NCBI GenBank assembly: GCA_964610875.1
Contig: CAZSWP010000031.1
Span: 1-48,588, forward strand
DNA from: an uncultured archaeon
GTDB lineage: Archaea; Asgardarchaeota; Thorarchaeia; Thorarchaeales; Thorarchaeaceae
Reading direction: 5' to 3'
DNA length: 48,588 nucleotides
The notes under the pieces were generated by a model. That model was given only the letters and a program-made list of their open reading frames with translations, did not search any database and was not told the origin of the DNA. Shown here one piece after another: positions 27,849 through 37,229 of the stretch. A program made the position numbers and the translations under genes. Within the stretch, counting starts at the first letter, position 1, and the number at the start of each line of letters is the position of its first letter.

Positions 27849-28892
27849 CTATTTTATACCCCGGGTTCTCATTCCCCATCCGATGAAATATTTAGCAATT
27901 AATGTGAATGAGATGGACATCAACATGAGTACCAATGCTACCGAAAACAGTGCAGATCTCCATAGTGGTTCAACATATGCAGTTCCCAATTGATTCGTGA
28001 TTATACTAGTCATTACGTAACAAGGATCAAACAGAGTGGCAGGTATTTGCAGTGAATTCCCAGTCACCATCAATACAGCCATAGTTTCACCTACAGCTCT
28101 TCCTAGTGCGAGTACAATCGCAGCTCCAACACCTGGAAGTGCTGCAGAAAGCACGATTTTTCTTGCTGTTTCACTTTTTGTTGCACCAAGTGCAAGAGAA
28201 GCTTCACGGTAGGTTCTAGGTACCGACTGCAAAGCATCGTCAGAAACAGTAACAACAGTAGGTATGAGCATTATTGCCAGAATCAGGCCTCCTGAAAGCA
28301 AGCTCAATCCATTCATGTGTTCTCCCGTCCAGACTTGACCAAAATCTGCAACCCAATATCGGAGATTTGTAAAAGCCCAAAGCCCGTAAACAATACTAGG
28401 TATAGCTGCCATCATTTCTATAACCATTCTTAGTGTATCACGAATTTTTCCTGGGCAAAATTCACTGAGAAATATTGCTCCCCCTATTCCCACTGGAACA
28501 GCCAATCCTATCGCAATCATTGAACACATGAAGGTACCAGTCATAAAGATGAGAATACCAAAATGATCTCGACTTGGCCCCCATTCTGGATTCGTGAAAA
28601 CCTGCACTCCTCCGGAAGGATGTACCAAAATAGGTGTAGCTTCATACCATAACATAGCAAGAATGAGCGAAATAATGAATATACTAGCGAAAGCTGGAAT
28701 TAATAGAATTACTTTTCCATAAACATCAATACGTGCTGCACCTTTTGCTGTTCTTAGGTCTCTGAAGAATTTTTTCAAAGAACATGCAAAGTCATTGAAT
28801 GCACCTTTGATTTTCTTTCTAAATGTGTCACGAACTTCAAAATCCAGCTCGCATTCATATGCTTCTGCTGACGTAAATGTTTCTTTTGTCAA
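27849..28892 (-). CDS. pstC: Phosphate ABC transporter permease PstC
   Basis: AAIPSIVYGLW, EASLALGAT and LGRAVGETMAVLMVTGN motifs. Confidence 0.95.
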   Translation of the reverse strand: MTKETFTSAEAYECELDFEVRDTFRKKIKGAFNDFACSLKKFFRDLRTAKGAARIDVYGKVILLIPAFASIFIISLILAMLWYEATPILVHPSGGVQVFTNPEWGPSRDHFGILIFMTGTFMCSMIAIGLAVPVGIGGAIFLSEFCPGKIRDTLRMVIEMMAAIPSIVYGLWAFTNLRYWVADFGQVWTGEHMNGLSLLSGGLILAIMLIPTVVTVSDDALQSVPRTYREASLALGATKSETARKIVLSAALPGVGAAIVLALGRAVGETMAVLMVTGNSLQIPATLFDPCYVMTSIITNQLGTAYVEPLWRSALFSVALVLMLMSISFTLIAKYFIGWGMRTRGIK

Positions 28893-28976
28893 TCGTCAAT
28901 ACACCACCGTACTGATTTGTTTTTCATAATAGTAGTTTCTTTGGTTCGAATCGGATTTTCTTTTTCAATAAAGAAA

Positions 28977-29009
28977 TGGGAGTGATATCCCAATTGGGAT
29001 ACCCTCCCA
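28977..29009 (-). terminator. Strong stem-loop between pstS and pstC (terminator or mRNA stabiliser)
   Basis: TGGGAG-TG-ATATCCC-AATT-GGGATA-CC-CTCCCA imperfect inverted repeat about 15 nt after the pstS stop. Confidence 0.55.
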
Positions 29010-29024
29010 AGGAGGAAAGCTGTA

Positions 29025-30083
29025 TTATGCTGTAGGTGTCATACCCGCTACTACACTGACTGCGTATACATGAGCAGAAGATCCTACTATTGGCACATAA
29101 CCTACATCTGCAATGTATTCCTGACCAGTGGAAAGACACCAGTCAAGGAATGCAATAGTATACCATTGGAGGTTGTCTGGATTAATCAGATAAAAGAGAA
29201 GACGTGCAATAGGATATGCACCAGTATTCTCAGAATTGAACAGATTAACACCAGGGTCTGTAATCTCGTCAGGTAAAGATTTCAGAACGTTAGCTTCGCT
29301 AGGCGAAACCCATTCATCATTTCCTGGATTATAGAGATCAACGGGTACGAGGTCGTCCATAAATGCAAGACCTACATAGCCAACACCATTATCATCATTT
29401 TTAACACCTGACGCAACGCCGGGATTGCCTTCAACTGCGTTGAGACCCGCTGGCCAATCTAATGCTTCATCATGACCATATTCCCAAGTATACTCTTCAC
29501 CTTCACTGTTTGTGTTATCATCAGCCGTTTCTAGCCATTTGCCGAATGTTGCAGTTGTACCACTTGCATCAGAACGAACATAGACACTAATGTCGCCAGT
29601 TGCTTCTACCTCTACTCCGAAAGTTGTTTCAAAATCTTCCCAAGTATCGATCTGACCTGAGAATATAGCTACTGCCATATCACAGTCCATTTTCATTGTG
29701 TCATTAACTTCAGGATTGATAACCACACCGAGACCGTCTGCTGAAATTGGCAAGATGTGCATGTCAGGATTTGCGGTTCTCCATTCTTCTTTGGGATATG
29801 AACTTGTAGCACCAATGTCTACTAGAGCCCCTGCTGAGTCTGACTGACCCTTACCAGATCCACCGCCAGTTGGATTGAACTGGAAAGTTGGATAATATGT
29901 TGTGATCTGTGATGCCCACTCTTGTGATAGAGGGAGTACAGTGGTTGATCCAGAGCTTGTGATTGTAAATGTTGTTGTTCCGCCACCCAATCCAAGGAAT
30001 GGAGTAGCTACGAACATTGCACCGGCTCCTATCAATAGACCGATTACAAGTCCGACAAGCAATGTTTGTGTATTTTTTGTCAT
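29025..30083 (-). CDS. pstS: Phosphate ABC transporter substrate-binding protein PstS, membrane-anchored
   Basis: SGSTTVLP, GGGSGKG, RSDASGTTATF and YPIARLLF motifs; N-terminal TM helix; start MTKNTQ at 30083. Confidence 0.93.
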   Translation of the reverse strand: MTKNTQTLLVGLVIGLLIGAGAMFVATPFLGLGGGTTTFTITSSGSTTVLPLSQEWASQITTYYPTFQFNPTGGGSGKGQSDSAGALVDIGATSSYPKEEWRTANPDMHILPISADGLGVVINPEVNDTMKMDCDMAVAIFSGQIDTWEDFETTFGVEVEATGDISVYVRSDASGTTATFGKWLETADDNTNSEGEEYTWEYGHDEALDWPAGLNAVEGNPGVASGVKNDDNGVGYVGLAFMDDLVPVDLYNPGNDEWVSPSEANVLKSLPDEITDPGVNLFNSENTGAYPIARLLFYLINPDNLQWYTIAFLDWCLSTGQEYIADVGYVPIVGSSAHVYAVSVVAGMTPTA

Positions 30084-30160
30084 TATTTTATTTTCTCCGA
30101 TATTGGTGTGACTGTGCCCAAAAATCAAAATGTTAAGCAATGCGCATGTACTTCATTAAT

Positions 30161-30350
30161 ATGCATTTACAGTAAATGCAACAAATGCATAGGGTATATG
30201 CGAAGAAAATTCCGTCTTAGTACTAATAGAAACGAAAAAGAAGGCTTAACAGCACTTCGTGCGTAGATTACCCTCACAAAAAAAATAACATAAATCTGAA
30301 ATGTAAACATAGTAAATGCATAATACATTATGTAAATAATGCATTTACAA
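30161..30350. promoter_or_regulatory. Repeated GTAAATGCA motif (candidate phosphate-regulon operator)
   Basis: TGCATTTAC-A-GTAAATGCA (30162-30180) and GTAAATGCAT-N17-ATGCATTTAC (30312-30348), located in the divergent pstS/regulator intergenic region. Confidence 0.6.
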
Positions 30351-30382
30351 TTATTTGCAATTTTGGGTGATGGTGTAATGTC

Positions 30383-31390
30383 ATGATTACTACAAGAAAA
30401 TTGAATCAAGTTAGAAATTCATTCTATGTATATTTACCTCGAGGTTGGTGTGATAAATTCAGTCTTACGAAGGATTCTGAAGTAAGAATTGAACAGACAA
30501 CAGAGGGTCTTCTGCGAGTCTTTCCGCCTAATTTCGAAAAGGATGAAAGCAAGCAGCTATTGTTAGATATTACACCAAAAGCACAGAGCAGTATTGTCAA
30601 CCTTCTCATTGGTGCCTATCTAGTTGGAGCAGGAGAAATTGAACTACATTTCAAGGAACCTATTGACCTTGCGACAAGAGAGGAAATCAGTCGCTGGATT
30701 CGCCGCCTTCCAGGTTTCGAGATCTTGGACGAGCATAGCGATAGTTTCACAATAAGCGATACAAGTGAGAAACAGGTTATTGCTCCGATTTTGAAGCGTC
30801 AATTTAGAACTACAAAATATATGTTAGATAGCTTCATTGCCGCTATGGAATCTGAAGATTTTGAGGAAACGACACGAATTCTTGACCGTGATGAGGATGT
30901 TAATCGGCACAGGTATTTTGTGGAGCGCCTATGTCATCTTGCCTTACGCAATCCCTCCTATGCAAGGAAGATATCGATATCTCCATCAGATGCGCTTCAC
31001 TTCAGCCTTGCAGCAAAGTATGTAGAAAGGATAGCTGACCACATCTGTGAAGCTACTACTGCATTAATCAATATGAAACAGGTAGACGCTCCCCTGAAGA
31101 AAGTTGCACATGCTGTACTCCAATCATATGATGACACAATGAAGACATTTTTCAGTGTCGATAGTCTTAGAAACCATGAGAATCAAGATGTTGCATCTCA
31201 AACTCAAGAAGCATTTGCAGCATTAACTGAATCGAATCGATTAGCCAAGAAACTAGGTAAACTTGACCCTGGTAAGAGAGATGTATCTTCCCAGAGAGTT
31301 CTTTTAGTATTGCACTTGGAAAGAATAGCATCTTATAGCGCAGACATCGGAGAAGTGGCTATTAATCGCATCATCCAATTCAGTCTATGA
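30383..31390 (+). CDS. Archaeal phosphate uptake regulator (AbrB-type N-terminal DNA-binding domain plus PhoU repeats)
   Basis: TRKLNQV.NSFYVYLPRGW (AbrB/SpoVT-like) followed by YVERIADH and LERIASYSADIGE PhoU motifs. Confidence 0.88.
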   Translation: MITTRKLNQVRNSFYVYLPRGWCDKFSLTKDSEVRIEQTTEGLLRVFPPNFEKDESKQLLLDITPKAQSSIVNLLIGAYLVGAGEIELHFKEPIDLATREEISRWIRRLPGFEILDEHSDSFTISDTSEKQVIAPILKRQFRTTKYMLDSFIAAMESEDFEETTRILDRDEDVNRHRYFVERLCHLALRNPSYARKISISPSDALHFSLAAKYVERIADHICEATTALINMKQVDAPLKKVAHAVLQSYDDTMKTFFSVDSLRNHENQDVASQTQEAFAALTESNRLAKKLGKLDPGKRDVSSQRVLLVLHLERIASYSADIGEVAINRIIQFSL

Positions 31391-31477
31391 AACAACATCA
31401 CGCATCTACCATCAAAAACTGCTTACGTTTGGGGGAAACTTCATATGTAATACATATGCGCTCAGCTACGGTCAGAG

Positions 31478-33282
31478 ATGCAAGATCTAGTTATGCAGAA
31501 CTTGGAGATCGCTTTCAAAATAATTGGTGGACTTGCAATTTTCATGTTTGCCATAACAATGCTAAGGGAAACACTTGGTAAGTTATCTGGTGCTAGTGTT
31601 GCTAAATTACTAGAAAAAGTGAGCAATAATCCTGTGAAGGGAATGGGCGCGGGAACAGCTGCTACATTCATGACACAAAGCTCAAGCATAACAGTTCTGA
31701 CTCTGATTGGCTTTGTTAATGCGGGTATGATGACTTTCAGACAATCTGTTAATGTCATGCTCGGATCTGAAATTGGTACAACAATAACTGCACAATTAGT
31801 TGCTTTTGATGTCGGATATCTTTACTGGCCTCTACTAGCAATTGGTTTCTTCGGAATGCTGTTTTCACGCAATGAGAAGATGAAACTCACAAGTACGATA
31901 ATTTTCAGTCTTGGTTTGATTTTTCTTGGTATGGAGTTCATGAAAGAAGGGTCGCGAACAGATACTAATAATCAGGACAAACCTTGACATTATTGTGTAG
32001 GTGCTTATATAGGACCGGTAAGGATATTTTAGTGAGGGTGTCTTGACACACGATCTTACCCTCGCAAAGCCAGTCCCAGTACCGTTGTCTGGGAGGACAA
32101 AGCTTTGGTGTCCAGATTTGTCCAACTTACAATGAACGGTCTAGACCACTTGGTCAAAGCGAATTCTTTGTCAGTATGATAAACTCTTATGGTGAATTTC
32201 CAATCATTGGTATCCTGATAGGAGCGGCAATTGCAGGAATTACTCAGAGCAGTTCAGCTACAACAAGTTTGGTTATAGCAATGGGAAGTGCCGGAGTTAT
32301 TCGATTAGATTCTGGAATTGCGCTGATCATGGGTGCCAATATTGGGACTTGTTTCTTAGAATTAATTGCTGGATTTGGTGCTACTACTCCTGCTAAGCGT
32401 ACTGCAATAGCCCAGACTATCATTAACATTGTTGGAGTAGCAATATTTTATCCATTCATTGGTCCATTTTCGGATTTAGTTGCTACTACGGCTACAGACT
32501 TGCCCAGGCAAATAGCAAATGCTCATACAATCTTTAATGTTCTAGTAAGCCTCATGTTCATTCCACTCGTAGGACTTCTTGTTAGATTTTGTGAATGGTT
32601 AATACCTGACAAGGAAGGTGAAGTAATTGGTCGACATTTCTTTGATGACCAAATGCTAAACATGCCACAGGTAGCAATGTTGGAGGCAGAGAAGGAGATT
32701 CTGCGAACTGCAGATATTACAATTGAAATGATCCAGAAAGCACAAGAAGCACTACTCCAAGGTTCAAAAGATGCAATACAGTGTATCATGAATTTGGAAG
32801 ATGAAGTAGATGATAGGTGCCGAGAATCAGAACGGTTTATCGATCTCATAAAAGAGGAAGAGCTGAGTGAGAGTGACAAGGTCTGGCGGATGAAACTATT
32901 AGCCATAATTACTGATATTGAAAGAGTTGGAGACTTGACTCAAAATATTGCCGAATATGCTCAGGAAATGGCAAATGGAATCTCTTTCTCTGAAGAAGCT
33001 AACACCCAAATGGCATCTATGTTTGACATTGTTGAAAAGACATATGCAAAGTCCATAAAGGCACTAAAAACTAGAAATAAGGAGATGGCTAAACAAGCAG
33101 AACAAATGGAAGATAAGGTTGACGAGATGGAACGAAAGCTTAGAACTTCACATAAAGTTAGAATGGGACAGGGTTTATGCCAGCCTGAAGCTGACACAAT
33201 TTTCGTTGAAACACTCCGCAATCTTGAAAGAATAGGAGACCATGCCGATAATATTGCCTTCGATGTCATAATGGATTATTAA
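31478..33282 (+). pseudogene. Na+/phosphate cotransporter (NptA/YjbB family with C-terminal PhoU domains), interrupted by a 188-bp insertion; either a pseudogene or an intron-containing gene
   Basis: The N-half (31478-31953) has TQSSS and GSEIGTTITAQL. The C-half has TQSSSATT, GANIGT, QIANAHTIFN and ERIGDHADNIA. Removing 188 bp fuses the halves in frame: ...MEFMKEG-SRPLGQSEFFVSMINSY... Confidence 0.88.
31954..32141. mobile_element. 188-bp structured non-coding insertion (MITE-like or intron-like) flanked by a GGTC direct repeat
   Basis: GGTC at 31950-31953 and 32138-32141. Subterminal imperfect 18-bp inverted repeat at 31975-31992 / 32106-32123. Several internal stems; no transposase ORF. 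Confidence 0.75.
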
Positions 33283-33340
33283 AAATCAGAATAGGTTAGA
33301 CTTATGAAATTCTTAAACATTTCAAATATGGTAGTGTACT

Positions 33341-34177
33341 TTGATTAAAAAATCTGTATCAAAACGTTTGAATGACCTTGATGGTAAAAGCTGGGTAAAG
33401 GCAACTAAATCATGGTTCAAAATTTTAACAAGAAAAAGGTCTACTTCACAGATACAACATCCCGGTAAATTTCCAGAAGATCTTGTACTAAAATTTGTCG
33501 AGTATTTCACTAAGGAGAATGATTGGGTCTTGGACCCATTTGCTGGTGTTGGAAGTACTCAAATTGCGTGTAAGGAAATCAATCGTAATTCAGTTGGTAT
33601 TGAACTTAACGAAGAGTTTGTGAAGATTGGTAATGAAACAATTGCGAACACAGCTGGTGATTGTTCTCAATCACTTATCGTAGGTGATTCTTCACAAATC
33701 ATCTCAACTCTGAAGAACCAAATTGAAGATATACCTCAATTCTCGTATCTTATCACATCTCCTCCATACTTTGATATGCTACGAAAATCACGAGGTGGAA
33801 ATGATACAACTCATAAAGAAAGAGGAGATTCAGGTTTAAAACAATACTACAGTGACATGGAAGCTGACATTGGGAATATCGATAATTATGAAGAATATAT
33901 TGAAACAGTTGGACTAGTTCTCGATGCAGTGTACCCTGTAATGAAGGATGGAGCATACCTTACAATCATTGCACAAAACATGAGAGATGATGATGGTACC
34001 ATGCGTCCTATTGCTTGGGACCTAGCTCGACGAATCTCAGAGAAATACCAGTTATGTCAAGAAATGATTTGGTGTCAAGACAACAAACGATTAGGATGCT
34101 GGGGATATCCTACTACCTATGTTTCGAATGTTCATCATCACTACTGCTTGATATTCAGAAAGGTATGTGATGAATAA
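33341..34177 (+). CDS. Orphan DNA methyltransferase (N4-C/N6-A, TSPPY type)
   Basis: HPGKFP, VLDPFAGVGST (motif I) and ITSPPY (motif IV); no adjacent restriction endonuclease. Confidence 0.88.
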   Translation: MIKKSVSKRLNDLDGKSWVKATKSWFKILTRKRSTSQIQHPGKFPEDLVLKFVEYFTKENDWVLDPFAGVGSTQIACKEINRNSVGIELNEEFVKIGNETIANTAGDCSQSLIVGDSSQIISTLKNQIEDIPQFSYLITSPPYFDMLRKSRGGNDTTHKERGDSGLKQYYSDMEADIGNIDNYEEYIETVGLVLDAVYPVMKDGAYLTIIAQNMRDDDGTMRPIAWDLARRISEKYQLCQEMIWCQDNKRLGCWGYPTTYVSNVHHHYCLIFRKVCDE

Positions 34178-34226
34178 ACATTCCACTTCGTACACTTCAT
34201 AAGGGTTAGACAAAATCAAAAAAATC

Positions 34227-35090
34227 ATGACTATCACTACTCGCATACTCGATGAAAGGGACCATGAAAAGATCATTGAGATATCAGAATCCGTTTGGGA
34301 AGACGATTACGTACCTGATAATTTCAAGAACTGGGTCAAAGATCCACTATGGACACCCATAGGCTGTTTTGACAATGGAACGCTGGTTTCATTTGCAGCG
34401 TTAGAGGAAAAGAGTGAATATGCTGAGGTTAAAGCCCTACGAACCCACAGTGAACACCAGAAAAAAGGTTACGGAGTTCGAGTAGTAGATGAGATAGTAT
34501 CTCTTGCAAAAGATAAGGGGATTAGAGATCTGAGATACTGTACCAGTTCGCGGAATTCAGGGTCAATGAAATTAGCAGAGCGTGCTGGTTTTATGTTAAC
34601 TGAGGAGGTTGGTTATGTGCGACTATACTCGCCATTTCCACCTCATCCTAAACCTAGCAGTAGTTTGATTCCTGTTGAAGTTGATGCAGAACGCGCATTT
34701 GATGCAATTCAATCAGCTCCTGAATTAGTAGAAAACAAATTCATACCAGTTGCATGGGAATTTGAAGACAAGACACTAGAGGGGCTAAAGCGATTGGAAA
34801 AAGAAACCACGTTCAACCTTACAATAGGACTAGATGGAAAACCCCTTGGGTTTTTTTTCAAGAAGTATAGAGAACGAAAGGGAATCAAAACTATTGTGCA
34901 TTCAGTCTTCACTAATGAACGCTCTGTATTTGTAGACATCATCTCTCGATTGCTTGAAGAAGTAGATTCTGATGTAGATAGATGCGTTTTCTTCTTAGGA
35001 AATAGTGGTGGAGAATGGATGGAAGATATGGCAATTCTGCCAGATGACTGGGAACGAAGAAAATTCCTCTTCTACCAGTTATTGATGTAA
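34227..35090 (+). CDS. GNAT family N-acetyltransferase
   Basis: LRTHSEHQKKGYG acetyl-CoA motif A; N..SMKLAERAGF. Confidence 0.85.
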   Translation: MTITTRILDERDHEKIIEISESVWEDDYVPDNFKNWVKDPLWTPIGCFDNGTLVSFAALEEKSEYAEVKALRTHSEHQKKGYGVRVVDEIVSLAKDKGIRDLRYCTSSRNSGSMKLAERAGFMLTEEVGYVRLYSPFPPHPKPSSSLIPVEVDAERAFDAIQSAPELVENKFIPVAWEFEDKTLEGLKRLEKETTFNLTIGLDGKPLGFFFKKYRERKGIKTIVHSVFTNERSVFVDIISRLLEEVDSDVDRCVFFLGNSGGEWMEDMAILPDDWERRKFLFYQLLM

Positions 35091-35092
35091 GA

Positions 35093-35617
35093 TTACTCTT
35101 CTTCCTCTTCAATCCAATAGTCATCTTCGTATTGTTCGAGCATTGAAAAATTAGGAGCGTATTGAATCGTTTCGAGGTCGCGTTCTTGGAGGTCCAGACC
35201 TTCACGTTTTGCAATCTCTTTTCTTAAAGTATAGGATTTTGCTCCATCCCATTTAAGGTAGGCATTGAGATCATAAGAGAAGTTGCCTTGATAAACTCCA
35301 CACTGACCTGCACAAAATATCTGGGAGCCTCGTATCTCAAGAACATCTTTGCAGTACCGACAGAGCGCTTCTCTTTCATGTGCATGAATGCGCCCATTGA
35401 TTATACGAACAAAAAGCACTGTGCCATCAAAATCACAGACACCCCACTTTTCATCATCGGTGAGAGTCTTCAACCAGAGCTCTGGTCTTGGACGTTTGGT
35501 TCTGGGGATAGGTCTATGATTTGATTGGTTAGATTTCTTATCACTTGAACCAAGACATGTGGGAACATCTTCATCGAAGTCAGAGAGACTTGTCTGAGAT
35601 GTATGGTGCTCTGTCAT
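35093..35617 (-). CDS. Hypothetical protein with putative Zn-binding Cys pairs
   Basis: CRYC...CAGQC cluster and acidic tail; likely start MTEHH at 35617. Confidence 0.6.
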   Translation of the reverse strand: MTEHHTSQTSLSDFDEDVPTCLGSSDKKSNQSNHRPIPRTKRPRPELWLKTLTDDEKWGVCDFDGTVLFVRIINGRIHAHEREALCRYCKDVLEIRGSQIFCAGQCGVYQGNFSYDLNAYLKWDGAKSYTLRKEIAKREGLDLQERDLETIQYAPNFSMLEQYEDDYWIEEEEE

Positions 35618-35847
35618 ACAATGATGTCCTGTTAGACTATAGATAAACACGTACAAATCTTAGTGGATTTATTCATCATATTAGAATGGTTAACTTTCTA
35701 ATCTAGCTGAAATCGATTCGTATTATAGATCTACTTGATACTATTGCAGAATTTTTTAGAGTCATGACTTCTTCCTCAACATTTCTGTCCTCTTAATAAA
35801 AAAGAAAAAACCGAAATACAGCTATTTCATCATATGGCTGAAAACAA

Positions 35848-37218
35848 ATGACACCTCTCTATGTTCAACCCATTCTACTCTATGGAATTCATGAGAGAAA
35901 AGAAAAAACCAGTTGGAGACCTTGGGGTAGTATCCAAACTAAAGAAGATGCTGAAAAAGAATCTAAGAAGATACAATCTGAATTAGATGAATTACACACA
36001 GAAGCAGAATACCCACTGATATTTCAATCATTGCAAATGGTTCGTACCTATGAAGAAATACAAGATTTAAACATCAACACAGATGTCATTTTGGTATATG
36101 CCGCGGGGGTTCAAGAATCTAATTCGCTAAGACCCTTTGAGGAGATCTTGGCTTTTGATTTACCTACTCTCTTTTTCTTGAGGAGAAACTACCTCTGGTA
36201 TGAAATCATTCATCCAAGATTTCTTAGAAAGAATGAATCTGATGATATTCTACAGCCTGTTATCATAGAAGATATTATCGTCGATGATTATTCAGACCTT
36301 CTCTCAAGATTGAGGTCAATGTATGGTCTTAAACATGCCATTGGTACAAAAATAATCTCTATTGGAAAAGCGTCAGGTTGGGGAGTTGGAGAAGAAGCAT
36401 CTCAAAAAGCGAAAGAACAATGGAATTTTGAACTTGTGGAGATATCCTATGAAGAAGTAAAAAGAAGGATGATTCATTTGAAAACAAATGAGATAGCTCT
36501 TCATAAAGCAGAAAATGATGCAGATGAATATCTTTTGCATGATCATGTTATGTCAAAAACTAACAGAACTTACATTGTCAATGCTTTCTTACTTGAACGA
36601 CTATTCAGAGAACTCTTGAATGAACAAGATGCTAAGGTTTTCACAATAGAAGAGTGCATGTCCACAATCATGCCAATTGCCGAAACGACCGCTTGTTTAC
36701 CTCTATCTATTTTGAATGATTCAGGATATCTTGCATTCTGTGAATCCGATTTTGTTGTGATTCCTGCGGGAATCTTGTTGCATTATATTTCACAAAAGCC
36801 AGTCTTTCTCGTTGACCCAACACTTCCATATAAGGGAGAAGTTGTTGTCGCACATTGCACAGCACCAAGAAGAATGAACGGTTCTATTCTTGAAAATGTG
36901 GAGGTCGTAACACATTTTGAATCAGATTTTGGTGCTGCCCTGTGTGTTAAATTCAAAGAGGGACAAATAGTCACTGTTGTGGATCCAGCATTTAGTGGTG
37001 ATGAGTGGATTGGTTTCAGAGGGACAATTGTTGAGAATACAGCTCTCCCTATTTGTAGATCTCAAATTAACATTGAAATTCATGGTGACTGGAAAAAACT
37101 GCTTCGTGAGATGAAAGGGTTCCACTGGATGATTGTTTATGGAGATTATCTCGAAGAGGTTGGCTATGCTTTAAATAAAATGAAAATCAAATGGACCAAT
37201 TTATCAAGCCCATTTTGA
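35848..37218 (+). CDS. L-fucose/L-arabinose isomerase-like sugar isomerase
   Basis: TACLPLSILND.G..AFCESD, AHCTAP, THFES, CRSQ and GFHW..VYGDY motifs of the FucI/AraA C-terminal family. Confidence 0.75.
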   Translation: MTPLYVQPILLYGIHERKEKTSWRPWGSIQTKEDAEKESKKIQSELDELHTEAEYPLIFQSLQMVRTYEEIQDLNINTDVILVYAAGVQESNSLRPFEEILAFDLPTLFFLRRNYLWYEIIHPRFLRKNESDDILQPVIIEDIIVDDYSDLLSRLRSMYGLKHAIGTKIISIGKASGWGVGEEASQKAKEQWNFELVEISYEEVKRRMIHLKTNEIALHKAENDADEYLLHDHVMSKTNRTYIVNAFLLERLFRELLNEQDAKVFTIEECMSTIMPIAETTACLPLSILNDSGYLAFCESDFVVIPAGILLHYISQKPVFLVDPTLPYKGEVVVAHCTAPRRMNGSILENVEVVTHFESDFGAALCVKFKEGQIVTVVDPAFSGDEWIGFRGTIVENTALPICRSQINIEIHGDWKKLLREMKGFHWMIVYGDYLEEVGYALNKMKIKWTNLSSPF

Positions 37219-37229
37219 TTTTTCCATTC

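Noticed and set aside
31865-32125. 86-aa minus-strand ORF across the insertion as a transposase or toxin
   Set aside because: No recognisable motifs. It runs out of the insert into the antisense of the transporter, so it is probably a chance ORF.
31927-32148. Canonical bulge-helix-bulge (EndA-spliced) intron interpretation of the insertion
   Set aside because: I tried BHB registers using the GTTCAT/ATGAAC pairing. None gave two 3-nt bulges around a 4-bp helix together with the 188-nt excision that restores MKEGSRPL; they gave a stop, a frameshift or a 2-aa deletion with poor flanking helices.
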